A stretch of DNA of 64,000 nucleotides from Promethearchaeota archaeon (GCA_019058365.1 JAHPZE010000021.1:1-64000); one strand, 5' to 3'; positions 7,995 through 18,824 are shown, numbered from the stretch's first letter. Numbers and translations: made by a program. The notes: generated by a model from the letters alone, not told the origin.

Positions 7995-10900
7995 TTAACC
8001 TTTTTTCTTTTTTGCAGTTTCTTTAATCATTCTTTTAAGATTATCAACTTCTTCCCTTTCTTTGGCTTTCCGCAGTTCTTCTTGGAATTTGCTTCTTTGT
8101 TTTTCCTTTTTTCCAATTTCCTCTATAAGTTCTTGTTTGATTTTTAGTAAATCTCCCATCTCTTTACGAAACTCTTTTGCTTCATCTTTAATCTTCTTTC
8201 TTTTCTGTTTTTCAACTGATTTTTGTTCTTGTCTCTTCTTTTCAATTAGACCTATTACCTCATCTGATAATTCACCAACCTCTCCAATCATATTCTTTAA
8301 TTTTGCTTCTTCATCTTTTCTACGGCTATCTTCTAAAGCTCTTTGCTTATCTAATTGATCTTGAATAGATTGCATCCTAAGTTCCTCTTTTTTAACTCTT
8401 TCTTCTAATAGTTTTGCATTTTTAATTTCGGTTTCAATATATTTTACTTCTTCATCCCATCCAATTTCCTTGAACTTCATTATTGCAGAGTTAAAATTTT
8501 GATATGCCTTTTCAAAATTATGATAGGATGACCATTTTTTGCCTTCATCAATAAGTTTTAATCCATCATCTCTTAATTTATCAACTTGTCGCCTTTTCAG
8601 AATTGCATTTCTATATTGCTTTTCTTGCTTTCGTTTTAACTTTTCTTGTTCTAACCGTCTTTTTTTCACTTCTTCTTGAAATACTGCATATTCATTTTGC
8701 CTTTGTAGGTGAGCTTGTTCTTCTAATCTTTTCTTTTCAAAAAAATTCGCCTGTTCTTGTTGTAAATCTTTTATCAGAGCATTTAAGTTTTTTATCTCTG
8801 GTTCCCAACCAATATTTTCTTCTAAAATATGCCTTGCTTGAATATACAGAGATATTGATTTATTATAGTTGGGAATACGATGCTTCAGGTACTTTCCAGC
8901 TTCTTCTAACAGAGAATATGCTGATTCTCTTACACTCATTTGCTCTTGGATCATTTTTTCTCGTTCTTTCAGTGCTGATTGTCGAGCTTCTCTTTTTTCT
9001 TTTTCTTGCCTCTTTCTTTCTTCAATAAGGGCTTTTAAAGCTTTTTCTTCTTCTAATCGCTCTAATTCTTTTTGATACTTTAAGCCTTCTTCTTCTTCCT
9101 TTTGATGTTTTATTTTTTTTATTTTAAATATAGTATTATTTATAGAATCAGTTGGAAATTGTAATTCATTCAAAATATTTCCCGCCCTTCTATAACAAAC
9201 TATTGCATTATCATAATTTTGTTCTTTTAGAAAGCGTTCTCCTTCATCTAAAATCTTAAATGCTTGTTCTTTTCTTTCTTCTAACTTTGACTTTAGTTGT
9301 TCCATTTTTAAAATTTCTAATTCTTTTGTTTTCAAACGTTCTTTTTCAATCTGTAAACTTTCCGCTACTTTTTGATGAATATTCCACTCTTTTCGTTCTC
9401 TTTGAATGCTTTGTGTTAATTCTTTTTGTTTTGTCAGTTGATGTTCTCGTTTTTTCTCTTGAACTTTAAGAATTAATTCTCTTATTGAATCTGTTGGGAA
9501 CGCAATTTCACTTAAAATTAATTCCGCTGCATGATAATATTCCAAAGATTTATCATATTGCGATTGATTCATAAATATTTCAGCATCTTCAAGAAGATTA
9601 AAAGCTTCTTCCTTCCTTTTTTCCATGTATACCTGAATTTCTCTTCTTTTTTCTAATTCTGCTTGTCTAACTTTCATTTTCATCTCGTTTATTCTTACAC
9701 CCTCTGCAATTTTCTTTTGAAATCTACGTTCTTCTTGTTCTTCTTGAAATTGTAACTCTAGACTTTTTTGTTTAGCAATCAATTTCTCTTTATTTTTCTC
9801 TTGAATTTTATAAATCATTTCCCTAATTGCGTCAGTTGGGAATCCAATTTCATTTAAGAATAACTCTGCTTGACGATATTTTTCAATTGCTTGAGGATAT
9901 TGCTGGTTGTTAAAATATTTTTCTCCTTTATCCATTAAATCAAAAGCTTCCACTTTACGTTTTTCCATTATTTGTATTAACTTTTCCCGTTTTTGCATCT
10001 CTATCTCTTTAACTTTTAACCTTTTTTGTTCTCTCTGCATGTCTTCAGAAATTTTTTGCTGAAATTGTAATTCCTCTTTTTGTTGCTTTTTTAATAATTC
10101 AATTTCTAATTCTTTCTTTCTTTCAATTTCTCTTTTCCTAATTTCAATGGTTTTAACTGTATCTTGGAGCAATTTTAAATAATCACTTGTCCATCCTATT
10201 TCAGTCAGAAGTTTTATTGCATTTTGATAGTTCTGTAAGGCATTATGATAATTTTGTTGACCAAGTAATGTATAGCCATTATTTATTAATTTAAAGGCTT
10301 CTTGTTGCGTAGTTAAAGTTTGTGTAGTAATCAACTGTTTTGCTTGGATTAATGATTTTTGTTCTAGTACTTTTTCTTGCTCTATCTTCCTCAAATCATT
10401 TATCTTTTCCATAAATGCGTCAGTTTCTTTTTCCGTTTCTAAAGCTTCCTGAATAGCTTTCTGTTTTAATAGATCTTTTTCTCTTTTTTTGTATTCAATC
10501 TCTTGAATTGCTTTATTTATGATTGGAATTTCATCAATCCATTGAATTTCCGCAAAAATGTTAGCTACATCATGATAAACTTCAATAGCTTCATCAGATT
10601 TACCTTGTGAAAGTAAATCTTGAGATTTTTCTAATAACTTAAATGCATCTTCTTTTCTTTTCTCACGATAAGCAATTTCTTTTTCTATTTCTCTAAGTTT
10701 AATCTCTTGCTTCTTTAGTTCTTCTCTTTGTATTTTCATCTCATCGATAAGTCTTTGTTGAAATAGTTGTTCTTCTTTTTCCTCTTCTAAAGCAGTTTTT
10801 AAATCTTGCTGCTTTTTTAATTCCATCTCACGTTTCTTATTTTCAATAGTTATAATTGAATTTTGTATTAATTCAATTTCACTTTCCCATTGAATTTCTT

Positions 10901-13900
10901 TAAAGATTTGAGCTGCAGTTCGATATAATACAATTGCATCATCAAACTTTCCTTTGTCGATTTGCTTTTGAGCTTCCTCTAATTTATTAAATGCTTGTTC
11001 CTTTTTCTGTTCATAAATTTTCTGTAATTCTTCTTGTTTTAATAGTTCAGCTTGTTTTTCTTTCATTTTATGTTGTTCTAATTTTATTTTTTCTAAAACC
11101 TGTTGTTGAAATAGCAGTTCTTCTTGTTCTCTTCTTGATTTTATTTCTAATTCTTTAAATTTATTTAAATCTTCTTCTCTTTTTTTCTCTTGAATCTTTT
11201 GAATCATTTCTTTAATAACTGTAGATGGAAAATTTATTTCATTTAATATCAATTCAGCTTGATGATATCTATCGATTGATTTATCGTATTCCCCTTTATT
11301 TAATAATGTTTCAGCGTCATCCATTATCTTAAAAGCCTCTAGCTTGCGATTCTCCATACTTCTTGCGAGATCTTCTCTCTTTTGCAATTCAATTTCTTTG
11401 GATTTAAATTTCTCTCGCTCTACCTGCATATATTCACTGATTTTCTTCTGAAACACATCATCCTCTTTTTGACGTTTTAATGAAGCCTCAAATTCTAATT
11501 GTTTTTCTTTTTCGCTCTCTTTTTTCTTTATGTTAATTGTTTGAATTGTATCATGCAATAATTTTAAATATCCTTCTCCCCAGCCAATATCCTTTAAAAG
11601 CTCTATTGCTTTTCTATAATTGTTTATTGCTTCATCAAAATTTTCAGCTTCTAGTAGAATGTCTCCATCTTCAATTAATCTAAATCCTTCTTGCTGTTCT
11701 GTTAAGTTTTGAGCAGAAATGCGCTTTTGTTGTTCCATTAAATCTTTTTCTTTCAAAAAATCCGTTTTTTCTCTCTCTCTTTGATATCTAATTCGATCAA
11801 TAAATGCTTTATCTTCAGTTTCTTTTTTAATTGCCTTTTGAAGGAGCTTTTGTTTACTTAATTCATTCTCTCTTTTTTTATTTTCAATACCATTGATTGC
11901 TTCTTGGATCACTGAAATTTCATCAGTCCATTGAATCTGAGCGAACATATTTGCCACGTTATAATATATTTCAAGTGCATCATCAAATTTTCTGTGCGAA
12001 ACAAAATCTTGAGCCTTTTCTAGTAAATCGAATGCCTCCTTCTTCTTTTCTTCACGATAGGAAAGCTCTTTTTCTCTTTCTCTTAAAACAATTTCTCTTT
12101 CCATAAATTTTTCGCGTTGAGTCTTCATTTCTTTTGTGATGAGTTCTTGAAATATCTTTTCTCGTTTTTCACGTTTTAATTCAGCTTGCAATTTTAACTG
12201 ATTCTGCAATTCTGCTTCTCTTTTCCTATTTTCAATTTCTACAATAGAATTTTGGATTAGAGTGATTTCATTTTGCCATTCAATGTCCGCAAAAAAGTTT
12301 ATAGCATATTGGAGGATCTCAATTGCATCGTCAAAATTATTTTGCTTTACATTTTCTTGTGCCTCTTCTAGTAATTTAAAACCTGCTTCTCTTTTTTCCT
12401 CACGATATTGTGATTCCTTTTCACGTTCCACTAACTCAATCTCTTTTGTTTTTAGTTTTTCACGTTCTTGTTGTAAATATTTTGAAATTTGTTTTTGGAA
12501 TGTTTCCTCACTTTTTTCTCTCTCAATAGCATCTTGCAGTTTTTTTTGTTTTTCGATGTTTTGCTGTCTTTGTAAATCTTCAACTTCTCTTATCGAATCC
12601 TCAATTAATGGAATTTCTTCTGTCCATTGAATTTCAGCAAATATATTTGCTGCATTTTGATATGCTAGAACTGTATCTTCATAGTTGCCTTTTTTTAAGG
12701 ACTCAATCGCAGAATCCAAAAATTCAAACGCAATATTTTTGCGATGTTCAAAAAACTTAATTTCTTTTTCAGTATCTTTTACAATAATTTCTTTCTTTTT
12801 TAAACGATCTCGCTCTTTATTTAAAAGAATAGCAATTTGCTTTTGAAAATCTAATTCTTCTCGTCTTCTTTCTTCTACTTTCTTCTGTTCTTCATATTTT
12901 TTTGTAAGCCGACTATGCTTCAGATTTTCTATATTTGAAATTGTGTTCTTGATCATTGATTTATAAACCTCCCAACCAGAGCCTAAATCTGTGAGTATTT
13001 CTAAAGCCTGGTTGTATTCTTTTATGGCATCATCAAAATTTTTTTCTTTTAATATTTCATCTGCTTTATCTAATATTATGAAAAGATTTTCTTCTTCCAA
13101 TACTTCATCGCTTCTTTTTGCTTCAAACTCCTTTCTCTTTGTATCTAATTCTTTTGCTGATTGGACTATCTGCTCTTTTTGCTTTTTATAAATTGAGTCT
13201 TGAAGAATCATTAAATCCTTTTGTCTTCTCTCTTTTAAATAATCAGCTGCAAGTTCTCTTTTTTGCTTACTTTTTATTCCATCAATTAAACTTATAATAG
13301 GCTGGACATATGAATCCCATTCTATTGATTTAAGAAGTTGAACTGCCTCATCTAATTTTTCAATTGCTGAATCATATCTTTTTTCCCTTTCAAGTCTGTT
13401 TCCAATATCTATCAGATTAAATGCTTTCATCTGAATTTGTTCATCATGCTGTTTCTTCACTTCAAATTCAATCAATTTTTCCTTTTTCATTTCTGCTTCT
13501 TTTTCTGAAACAATTTTTTGGTCCTCAATGTTACTTGTTAACTGCAGCGCTTCTTGCTTTTGCCGAACTTGAAGAGACTCATAATATTTTTTATCTGTTT
13601 TAAGTTTTTCAATTAATAATTGAATATTTTGAGTCTGAGCATCCCATCCGATAGATTTTAGTAATTCAATAGCTCTTTCATAATTCATTATCGCATTATC
13701 GAATTTCTTATCTTTTTCAAATATTTTAGCAGCATCAATATGGGCAAAAGCTTGATTTTGTATATCTTCTTCATGTTTTTTTTGTACTTGGAATTTGTTA
13801 ATAATTTCTCCTTTTTCAACACTGCTCTTTTGTCCAAACATACCAACAACTTGAGGTTTCTCGTCTGATAATACAGTAGGAATCTGTTGTTTCAAGTCCA

Positions 13901-14378
13901 CTTCCTGTTCTTGAGGGTGCTGAACAGCTTTTTGCTGTTTTAAATCTCTTGTTAGTTTATGAATTTTCAATTTTATATTCTCTAATTGAGTTTCAGACCA
14001 TCCTGCTTGAACTAATAGCTTTACTGCAGACAAATATTGTTGGATAGCATCTTCAAAGAAACCATCAAATTCCAGTTTCTTTGCGCCTTCTAATAAAATA
14101 AAAGCTTGATCTTGCAATTGTTCAATTTGAGCTTGAGTTTGAACTCGCTGATATAATGTCTCTTTTTGGATAAAATCCTTTAACTCACCAATCCTATCAT
14201 AAATCTCTTGGATTCTATGAATCAAAAACCCACTCTGCTTAAGAAGATCGGCTGCTTTTTGATAATTTGAAATAGCATTTTCTACATCTTTCTCTACTTC
14301 AAAATTTTGAGCAAGTTCTAAAAATTTTATAGCTTCTTGCGCTAATTCTTCTGGTTTTTGCAATTTTACCGAAGCCAC
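7995..14378 (-). CDS. Giant helical repeat protein (2127 aa): 18 MIT/TPR-like units joined by E/K/R/Q-rich helical linkers
   Basis: Recurring AF-x-LLE-x-A...(F/Y)D-x-AI-x2-Y-x2-A...EI-x-(W/F) motif, roughly every 115 aa. No TM segment or signal peptide is visible. Confidence 0.85.
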   Translation of the reverse strand: MASVKLQKPEELAQEAIKFLELAQNFEVEKDVENAISNYQKAADLLKQSGFLIHRIQEIYDRIGELKDFIQKETLYQRVQTQAQIEQLQDQAFILLEGAKKLEFDGFFEDAIQQYLSAVKLLVQAGWSETQLENIKLKIHKLTRDLKQQKAVQHPQEQEVDLKQQIPTVLSDEKPQVVGMFGQKSSVEKGEIINKFQVQKKHEEDIQNQAFAHIDAAKIFEKDKKFDNAIMNYERAIELLKSIGWDAQTQNIQLLIEKLKTDKKYYESLQVRQKQEALQLTSNIEDQKIVSEKEAEMKKEKLIEFEVKKQHDEQIQMKAFNLIDIGNRLEREKRYDSAIEKLDEAVQLLKSIEWDSYVQPIISLIDGIKSKQKRELAADYLKERRQKDLMILQDSIYKKQKEQIVQSAKELDTKRKEFEAKRSDEVLEEENLFIILDKADEILKEKNFDDAIKEYNQALEILTDLGSGWEVYKSMIKNTISNIENLKHSRLTKKYEEQKKVEERRREELDFQKQIAILLNKERDRLKKKEIIVKDTEKEIKFFEHRKNIAFEFLDSAIESLKKGNYEDTVLAYQNAANIFAEIQWTEEIPLIEDSIREVEDLQRQQNIEKQKKLQDAIEREKSEETFQKQISKYLQQEREKLKTKEIELVEREKESQYREEKREAGFKLLEEAQENVKQNNFDDAIEILQYAINFFADIEWQNEITLIQNSIVEIENRKREAELQNQLKLQAELKREKREKIFQELITKEMKTQREKFMEREIVLREREKELSYREEKKKEAFDLLEKAQDFVSHRKFDDALEIYYNVANMFAQIQWTDEISVIQEAINGIENKKRENELSKQKLLQKAIKKETEDKAFIDRIRYQREREKTDFLKEKDLMEQQKRISAQNLTEQQEGFRLIEDGDILLEAENFDEAINNYRKAIELLKDIGWGEGYLKLLHDTIQTINIKKKESEKEKQLEFEASLKRQKEDDVFQKKISEYMQVEREKFKSKEIELQKREDLARSMENRKLEAFKIMDDAETLLNKGEYDKSIDRYHQAELILNEINFPSTVIKEMIQKIQEKKREEDLNKFKELEIKSRREQEELLFQQQVLEKIKLEQHKMKEKQAELLKQEELQKIYEQKKEQAFNKLEEAQKQIDKGKFDDAIVLYRTAAQIFKEIQWESEIELIQNSIITIENKKREMELKKQQDLKTALEEEKEEQLFQQRLIDEMKIQREELKKQEIKLREIEKEIAYREKRKEDAFKLLEKSQDLLSQGKSDEAIEVYHDVANIFAEIQWIDEIPIINKAIQEIEYKKREKDLLKQKAIQEALETEKETDAFMEKINDLRKIEQEKVLEQKSLIQAKQLITTQTLTTQQEAFKLINNGYTLLGQQNYHNALQNYQNAIKLLTEIGWTSDYLKLLQDTVKTIEIRKREIERKKELEIELLKKQQKEELQFQQKISEDMQREQKRLKVKEIEMQKREKLIQIMEKRKVEAFDLMDKGEKYFNNQQYPQAIEKYRQAELFLNEIGFPTDAIREMIYKIQEKNKEKLIAKQKSLELQFQEEQEERRFQKKIAEGVRINEMKMKVRQAELEKRREIQVYMEKRKEEAFNLLEDAEIFMNQSQYDKSLEYYHAAELILSEIAFPTDSIRELILKVQEKKREHQLTKQKELTQSIQRERKEWNIHQKVAESLQIEKERLKTKELEILKMEQLKSKLEERKEQAFKILDEGERFLKEQNYDNAIVCYRRAGNILNELQFPTDSINNTIFKIKKIKHQKEEEEGLKYQKELERLEEEKALKALIEERKRQEKEKREARQSALKEREKMIQEQMSVRESAYSLLEEAGKYLKHRIPNYNKSISLYIQARHILEENIGWEPEIKNLNALIKDLQQEQANFFEKKRLEEQAHLQRQNEYAVFQEEVKKRRLEQEKLKRKQEKQYRNAILKRRQVDKLRDDGLKLIDEGKKWSSYHNFEKAYQNFNSAIMKFKEIGWDEEVKYIETEIKNAKLLEERVKKEELRMQSIQDQLDKQRALEDSRRKDEEAKLKNMIGEVGELSDEVIGLIEKKRQEQKSVEKQKRKKIKDEAKEFRKEMGDLLKIKQELIEEIGKKEKQRSKFQEELRKAKEREEVDNLKRMIKETAKKKKG

Positions 14379-14568
14379 CTAATTGTAATTTGAAATTAAA
14401 AATGTAAACACTTTTCTTACTTTACTTTAACCAACTAAGTAATTAAACTTTTTATATTATGATTATTATTTTAACTAATTTAGTGAAAACGATACGCAAT
14501 TTTGAATTTACCATAATATTGAAATCAAATTTTTAAATAGAAATTATATACATAATTGAACCTAAAAT

Positions 14569-16524
14569 ATGGAAGCAAAAAACGGAAATATTATTATTGA
14601 TTTTGAACCAATTTCAAGAAGAGTGCTTTTTTCAGATGATTACTCGCTTTATGAAATTCTTTCAGAATTAAACGTGCCAATAAGTTCGATATGTGGAGGT
14701 TTAGGGACCTGTGGAAAATGTAAGGTCCTAATTCAACGGGGTAAGGAGTATTTGAATAATCCCACTCCTTCTGAAAAAAAATTTTTAAGTAATAATGAAA
14801 TTGAAGATGGATGGCGTCTCGCTTGTCAAACAAAAATTGATATTAAAAAAAAAACATATCTTGAAACACTTCAAGTCCCACAATTTCGCGTATTTTTGCC
14901 CCGTGAACTTTTACTTGAAGATTTTAACATTTTAGTGTCAGGGATCAGTAAGGGAATTGAAATTAGACCAGCTATTACAAAGATTTTCATTGAAGTAAAA
15001 AAATCATCATTAAAGGAACCAATTGCAGATTTTGAAAGGATTGAATCAGCTCTTTTGTCTAAAAGTACGAATTTGAATAGAAATGATGAAATTAAGATAG
15101 ATTTTAACGTTCTAAATGATATTCCGACTCTTCTAAGAGAAAATCAATACAAAATCACTTTAGTTTTATGGAATAATACTAATATTATCACTTGTGAGCC
15201 AGGTAATACTCTTGAAGAGAATTTTGGAATCGCTTTTGATATTGGGACTACCACAATTGTGGGGTATCTGATGAATTTGAATAACGGAAAAATTTATGCG
15301 GTTGATTCAAAATTGAATAGTCAAACTGCATATGGAGAGGATTTAATAACACGTTTAACATTTATAAAAGATAATCAAAAAAATCTTCAGAAATTAAATT
15401 CTGCCGTAATAAATGATTTAAATGAAATAATTGCAAACGTATGTAATAAAGCAAATATTAAACCTTCTCAAATCTATGAAGCTAGTGTTGTAGGAAATTC
15501 TGTTATGCATCACATTTTTTTAGGATTAAACCCTGTTAATATAGGTTTAAGTCCATTTATTCCAGTCATTCAAAAAAATTTGAATATTAAAGCAAAAAAT
15601 TTAAATCTTAATATTTTAAAAAACGGAAATGTGTATACATCTCCATTAATTGCTGGTTTTGTTGGAGCCGATACTATAGGCGTTATTCTCTCGTCGCGTG
15701 TCTTTAATGAAAAAGAGCTTACTTTAGCTATTGATATAGGTACTAATGGCGAAATCATTGTAGGGAATCGTAAGATTCTGGCAGTAGGATCATGTGCTGC
15801 AGGTTCTGCTTTGGAAGGGGCTCATATTGCTGATGGAATGAGAGCTGCGGCAGGTGCAATTGATAAAATTAAAATTGATCCCAAGAATTTGGATGTATCC
15901 TATACTACAATCAAACATAAGAAACCAATAGGGATATGTGGCTCTGGATTGGTTGATGTAATAGCAGAGATGTTGAAATCTAAAATAATTACAAGAAGTG
16001 GTAATTTCAATAAAGAAATTATTAATCATGAAAGATTTATTAAAAACGATAAAAATGTAGAATTTATTGTGGCTAAAAATGAAGAAACATCTTTAGATAA
16101 GGACATAACGATTAGCCAAAACGATGTGAGACAAATCCAAATGGCAAAAGCTGCATTTTATGCTGGCGCAAAGATTATTCTGAATAATTTAAAGCGTAAT
16201 TTAAAAATTGAACAAGTCTTTTTAGCAGGCGCTTTTGGAAATTATATTAATGCTTATAATGCAAAATTTATAGGCATGATTCCAGATATTCATGATGATA
16301 ACATTTTTCAGATAGGCAATGCTGCTGGAATAGGAGCACAACACTGTTTATTGAATAAAGATTTGCGAAATAAAGCACAAACATTATTAAAGAAAATTCA
16401 ATACATTGAAATTGCAGTAGATAAAAGCTTTCAAAAAGAATACGCTGAGGCAATGTACTTTCCTCATTTAAATCTTGATTATTTTCCAAGCTTAAAAGAA
16501 TATAAAGTAATCCCCAAAAGGTAA
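14569..16524 (+). CDS. ASKHA-domain reductive activator of corrinoid proteins (RACo/RamA-like) with N-terminal [2Fe-2S] ferredoxin
   Basis: CGGLGTCGKC...RLACQ; DIGTTT; GFVGAD; DIGTNGE; GICGSG; LAGAFG; GNAA. Confidence 0.92.
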   Translation: MEAKNGNIIIDFEPISRRVLFSDDYSLYEILSELNVPISSICGGLGTCGKCKVLIQRGKEYLNNPTPSEKKFLSNNEIEDGWRLACQTKIDIKKKTYLETLQVPQFRVFLPRELLLEDFNILVSGISKGIEIRPAITKIFIEVKKSSLKEPIADFERIESALLSKSTNLNRNDEIKIDFNVLNDIPTLLRENQYKITLVLWNNTNIITCEPGNTLEENFGIAFDIGTTTIVGYLMNLNNGKIYAVDSKLNSQTAYGEDLITRLTFIKDNQKNLQKLNSAVINDLNEIIANVCNKANIKPSQIYEASVVGNSVMHHIFLGLNPVNIGLSPFIPVIQKNLNIKAKNLNLNILKNGNVYTSPLIAGFVGADTIGVILSSRVFNEKELTLAIDIGTNGEIIVGNRKILAVGSCAAGSALEGAHIADGMRAAAGAIDKIKIDPKNLDVSYTTIKHKKPIGICGSGLVDVIAEMLKSKIITRSGNFNKEIINHERFIKNDKNVEFIVAKNEETSLDKDITISQNDVRQIQMAKAAFYAGAKIILNNLKRNLKIEQVFLAGAFGNYINAYNAKFIGMIPDIHDDNIFQIGNAAGIGAQHCLLNKDLRNKAQTLLKKIQYIEIAVDKSFQKEYAEAMYFPHLNLDYFPSLKEYKVIPKR

Positions 16525-16768
16525 AATTTGGTCATCAGAATTTCCCTACTTAATTTTATTTGTTTTTATGTGATTTTAAAACCATAGAAATGAATAAAAA
16601 TCATTATTACTTTATGTAAAAATATTTAAATTTAGAATTTATTTTATCTTTAATTTAGTCTATATTAATAAATTAAATAAATTCTTAAATACCATTTATA
16701 ATATTTATTTATATACACAATTAAAAAAAAAATTAAAAGATTGTAAAAACCGACGTGAGTGAAGCTTT

Positions 16769-17293
16769 ATGTCAAGTTTTAAACTAAAAGTATTATTAAC
16801 TGGCGCCGCTGCTGTGGGAAAGACTAGTCTTGTTCAGAGATTCATCAAAAACAGGTTCCAAGCAAATTATAAATTAACTGTTGGCGTAGATATTTTAACT
16901 AAAGATGTAGAATTCAGACAAGGTGAAATAGCAACACTTTCTATATGGGATATTGGAGGACAACAGAGGTTTGAGTTTATCCGTAGTACATTTTACAAAG
17001 GAGCAGCTGGAGCTTTATTAGTCTTTGACTTAACTCGAGAACAGACATACACGGAAACAAGGAAATGGCTTACGGAGATTCGTCAATTCGCCGGTGAGAA
17101 CATTCCATTTGTTTTGATTGGGAATAAAGCAGATTTAATGGAAGATGTTGGCGTAGTAATTGATCGAGATGAAGCCCGTTCATTTGCAGAAAATGAGGGG
17201 AGTATTTATATAGAAACTTCTGCTAAGACTGGGATTAATGTTGATGAATCTTTTACAGAGTTAACCCGTCGAATAATTGACTCAAGAACTTAA
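16769..17293 (+). CDS. Rab-like small GTPase
   Basis: G1 GAAAVGKT, G3 WDIGGQ, G4 NKAD, G5 SAK. RabF-like motifs TVGVD, LSIWD, RFEFI, FYKGA, LVFDLT. Confidence 0.93.
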   Translation: MSSFKLKVLLTGAAAVGKTSLVQRFIKNRFQANYKLTVGVDILTKDVEFRQGEIATLSIWDIGGQQRFEFIRSTFYKGAAGALLVFDLTREQTYTETRKWLTEIRQFAGENIPFVLIGNKADLMEDVGVVIDRDEARSFAENEGSIYIETSAKTGINVDESFTELTRRIIDSRT

Positions 17294-17408
17294 GCTTTAA
17301 GAATAAATTTATTTACCTAAATTCTAATTTAGTAATTTGATTAGAAGTTCTGTTTCTTAAAAATAAAAGTCGTTTTCTTCAACTTTTTTTAAAGATGTAT
17401 TGAAGGTC

Positions 17409-18824
17409 TTAATTTGGACCTTCAAATTCCTTGTAAAGATCATCATGAATTATTTTTATTGCATCCTCTAATTTAGCTCTCTCAATAACTATTGACAAAT
17501 TTAACTCATCATGACTTTGTGAAATTGCTTTGACTTGTATGTTTTTTTTATCTAATGCGTTGAATATCTCTACCTTTGTCCTCGTTTCAAGTATTTTAAG
17601 ACCTGTGATATTAATTACAGAAACATGCTCCCACTTAATTTTGAAAAATTCTGAAAAGAATTTTGAACTTTTCAAAGCGGCAATTGCGCGCTCTGAGTCT
17701 AATTCACTTATTATGAAGGAAGTACTTATTTCAGAGGAACTTTGAGCCACTAATGAAACGCTAATTCTATTTTTACTCATAACTCTGAATATTTTAGCAA
17801 GAACACCGGGTATATCAACCATGCTTCCAGAAATGATGGTTATGATTGTAACAAATTCAACAGCAGAAATCCCTTTAATATGTTCCTTATCAGTTATTTC
17901 TGAAATTTGTGTGAAGCTCTTTTCTAAAGGTTTTTCAAAGTTTCTTATTTCTAAAGGTATTTTGTCTTTTTCAATAGCTTCCAAACATTTGGGATGAAGG
18001 ATTTTAGCTCCAAAACTAGCAATATGTTTAGCTTCATTATAATCTAAATTTTTTATAAGAGAAGAGTTGGGCACAAATTTGGGATTTATCGCTAATAATC
18101 CATCAACATTTTTCCATAAAATAACTCTAATATTTTTATCATTTCCGATATCATACAGAGCTCGTGCTATAATAGTTGCTGTATAGTCAGATCCCCCTCT
18201 CCCTAAAGTGGTGATATAGCCAATTTTATTTCTACCAATAAAGCCAGTTAAACACACTATTGTATTTTTATTCGGATTTTCTAATAATGGAACTAACATT
18301 CTTTTTATTCGGGAATTTGTTAAATCATACAATGGATAAGCATTATTAAACTCATCATTAGTTATAATTAATCTATTTGCAGGAATATATACAGAATCAA
18401 TCTCATTACTTAGAAGAAATTGATCTAATATATATGTAGATAAAATTTCTCCAAAACTTAATACAAAGTCTTTATAATAAGGTTCTAATCCAAATTCTTT
18501 AATATCTGCAAAAGTATCCTCTAATTCACTTAATCTATCATCGATCCAATCCCTTGCTTTAATATAATGCTCAGAATCTTCAGTGAATATTTGTTCAATT
18601 ATATCAATATGTCTCTTTTCTATTAATGCTATGTTATTATCTGTATCTTTATCCTTTTCTAACATATTTGCAGTTTTTAAAAGTAAATCTGTTATACCAG
18701 TCAAAGCGGAGACAACATATACTTTCTTTACTTTCTCATAAATATTTGTAATATTGAGAATTTTATTAAACGAATCTTTATCGTTTAAACAAGAACCTCC
18801 GAATTTCATAACGATTATCGGCAT
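17409..18824 (-). CDS. lysC: Aspartate kinase with C-terminal ACT domains
   Basis: VMKFGGS, VVSA, SFGEILS, TTLGRGGSDYTA, FGAKILHP, two ACT repeats. Confidence 0.93.
   Translation of the reverse strand: MPIIVMKFGGSCLNDKDSFNKILNITNIYEKVKKVYVVSALTGITDLLLKTANMLEKDKDTDNNIALIEKRHIDIIEQIFTEDSEHYIKARDWIDDRLSELEDTFADIKEFGLEPYYKDFVLSFGEILSTYILDQFLLSNEIDSVYIPANRLIITNDEFNNAYPLYDLTNSRIKRMLVPLLENPNKNTIVCLTGFIGRNKIGYITTLGRGGSDYTATIIARALYDIGNDKNIRVILWKNVDGLLAINPKFVPNSSLIKNLDYNEAKHIASFGAKILHPKCLEAIEKDKIPLEIRNFEKPLEKSFTQISEITDKEHIKGISAVEFVTIITIISGSMVDIPGVLAKIFRVMSKNRISVSLVAQSSSEISTSFIISELDSERAIAALKSSKFFSEFFKIKWEHVSVINITGLKILETRTKVEIFNALDKKNIQVKAISQSHDELNLSIVIERAKLEDAIKIIHDDLYKEFEGPN

Noticed and set aside
8062-13603. 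Plus-strand ORFs inside the giant gene
   Set aside because: They are Phe/Ser/Leu-rich antisense shadows of Glu/Lys codons and carry no motifs.
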